From positions 98,520,001 through 98,584,000 of the forward strand of contig NC_058368.1 in NCBI RefSeq assembly GCF_018350175.1: a stretch of DNA of 64,000 nucleotides. Direction: 5' to 3'. Under the pieces are notes generated by a model that searched no databases, was not told the origin of the DNA, and saw only the letters and a list, made by a program, of their open reading frames with translations. Shown in pieces: positions 62,945 through 64,000 of the stretch (positions within the stretch are counted from its first letter, which is position 1; every line of letters begins with the position of its first letter). The stretch comes from Felis catus (lineage: Eukaryota). The position numbers and the translations under genes are program-made.

Positions 62945-64000
62945 ATTATATTGGAACTCAATAACAAAAACATTGATTAAAACGTCAAACACTTACAATT
63001 TTAAAAGCACACTTGAAATACCTAATCATTTAAAGAAGAAAACAATGTAATAATAAAACTACTTTTAATTGAATGTTAAAAAATTTCCCCATGTCACACT
63101 TGTAGGATACGGCTAAAATAGTACTTAGAGGGAATTCTGTCACCTTGAATGGGTTTACTGTATATAAGTAAAAGGACTAAACATCTAATTTAAGAGATTC
63201 AAAATGAAAACAAAACAATAAAATAACTCCAATGAAAAGAGAAGAAAATAATTACAGCACGTTTGGAAATCAACGAGACTGAAACAACCATACCTTCAAC
63301 AGCTCTAGGATCTTTTCAAAGAAAAGACTAGTAAAATAGAGAAATTTTTAGTGTGATCAAAACTCATATTAAAAAAAAAAACAAAAACAAGAAACTTCAG
63401 GGGCACCTGGTGGCTCAGTTGGTTAAGTGTCCGACTTCAGTTCAGGTCATGATCTTGTGGTTCACCAGTTAGAGCCACTCAAGGGGCTCTCTGTCCTCAG
63501 CCCAGAGCTGGCTTAGAATCCTCTTTTTCTCTCCCTGCCCCTCCCCCACTTTCTCTCTCTCTGTCTCTGTCTCTCTCTCTCTCTCTTTCTCTCTCAAATA
63601 AATAAATAAACTTAAAAAAAAAGAACTTTAACTCAGAAAAAGTATACATTTTAAAAGGTGGTAAAAGAACATTTTGGAAACATTACGGTAATAATCCCCT
63701 CTTTGTAATGTAAATTAACTGTATATATCCTGGAATTTGTTGAAACCTACTCAAGAAATATGAATGTTCATGTTATCATTGAAGAAATTAACTCATTATC
63801 TTAAAATATTTTCGTACACAGAAACCTACCCCCAAATCCAATTGATGTTACACATAAAATTTTGTCAAACATACAAGGAATTACTATTTCAATCCTCTAC
63901 AGATTCCTCCACACAAAGCAAAAGCATGATTACCCGTGAAAAGGAGAATAATCATCCTCCAGAGATATTTGCATCCTAACCCCAGAACTGGTGAATATGT
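62945..64000 (+). mobile_element. ancient L1 ORF2 relic continuing
   Basis: 'ggatacggctaaaatagtacttagagggaattc', 'ggaaatcaacgagactgaaaca', 'tcaaacatacaaggaa'. Confidence 0.65.
63400..63620 (+). mobile_element. Can-SINE
   Basis: Canonical; TSD-like aagaaactt/aagaacttt. Confidence 0.94.

Overview
AT-rich, repeat-dense mammalian genomic DNA, almost certainly from a felid: it carries about 41 tRNA-derived Can-SINEs, including 4 young, CpG-rich SINEC_Fc-type copies. I recognise no protein-coding gene, RNA gene or CRISPR array; the window looks intergenic or deep-intronic. Nearly all ORFs in the track are SINE, L1 or microsatellite artefacts. Main content: several L1 fragments, including a ~7.8 kb near-full-length L1MA9-like element inserted into an older L1; L2 and MIR relics; hAT DNA transposon relics; ERV-L/MaLR LTRs; a solo ERV1-type LTR; and a decayed ERV-L provirus start (LTR16-type LTR plus gag). 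The most unusual structure is a 400-bp, 99%-identical inverted duplication inside the old L1 (57018-57417 vs 59448-59847) with a hairpin filler and microhomology at its junctions. It looks like a templated-insertion repair scar and creates an inversion-prone 2-kb cassette. I found no convincing new multi-gene biological system. Repeat subfamily names come from recalled consensus sequences, not from a search.
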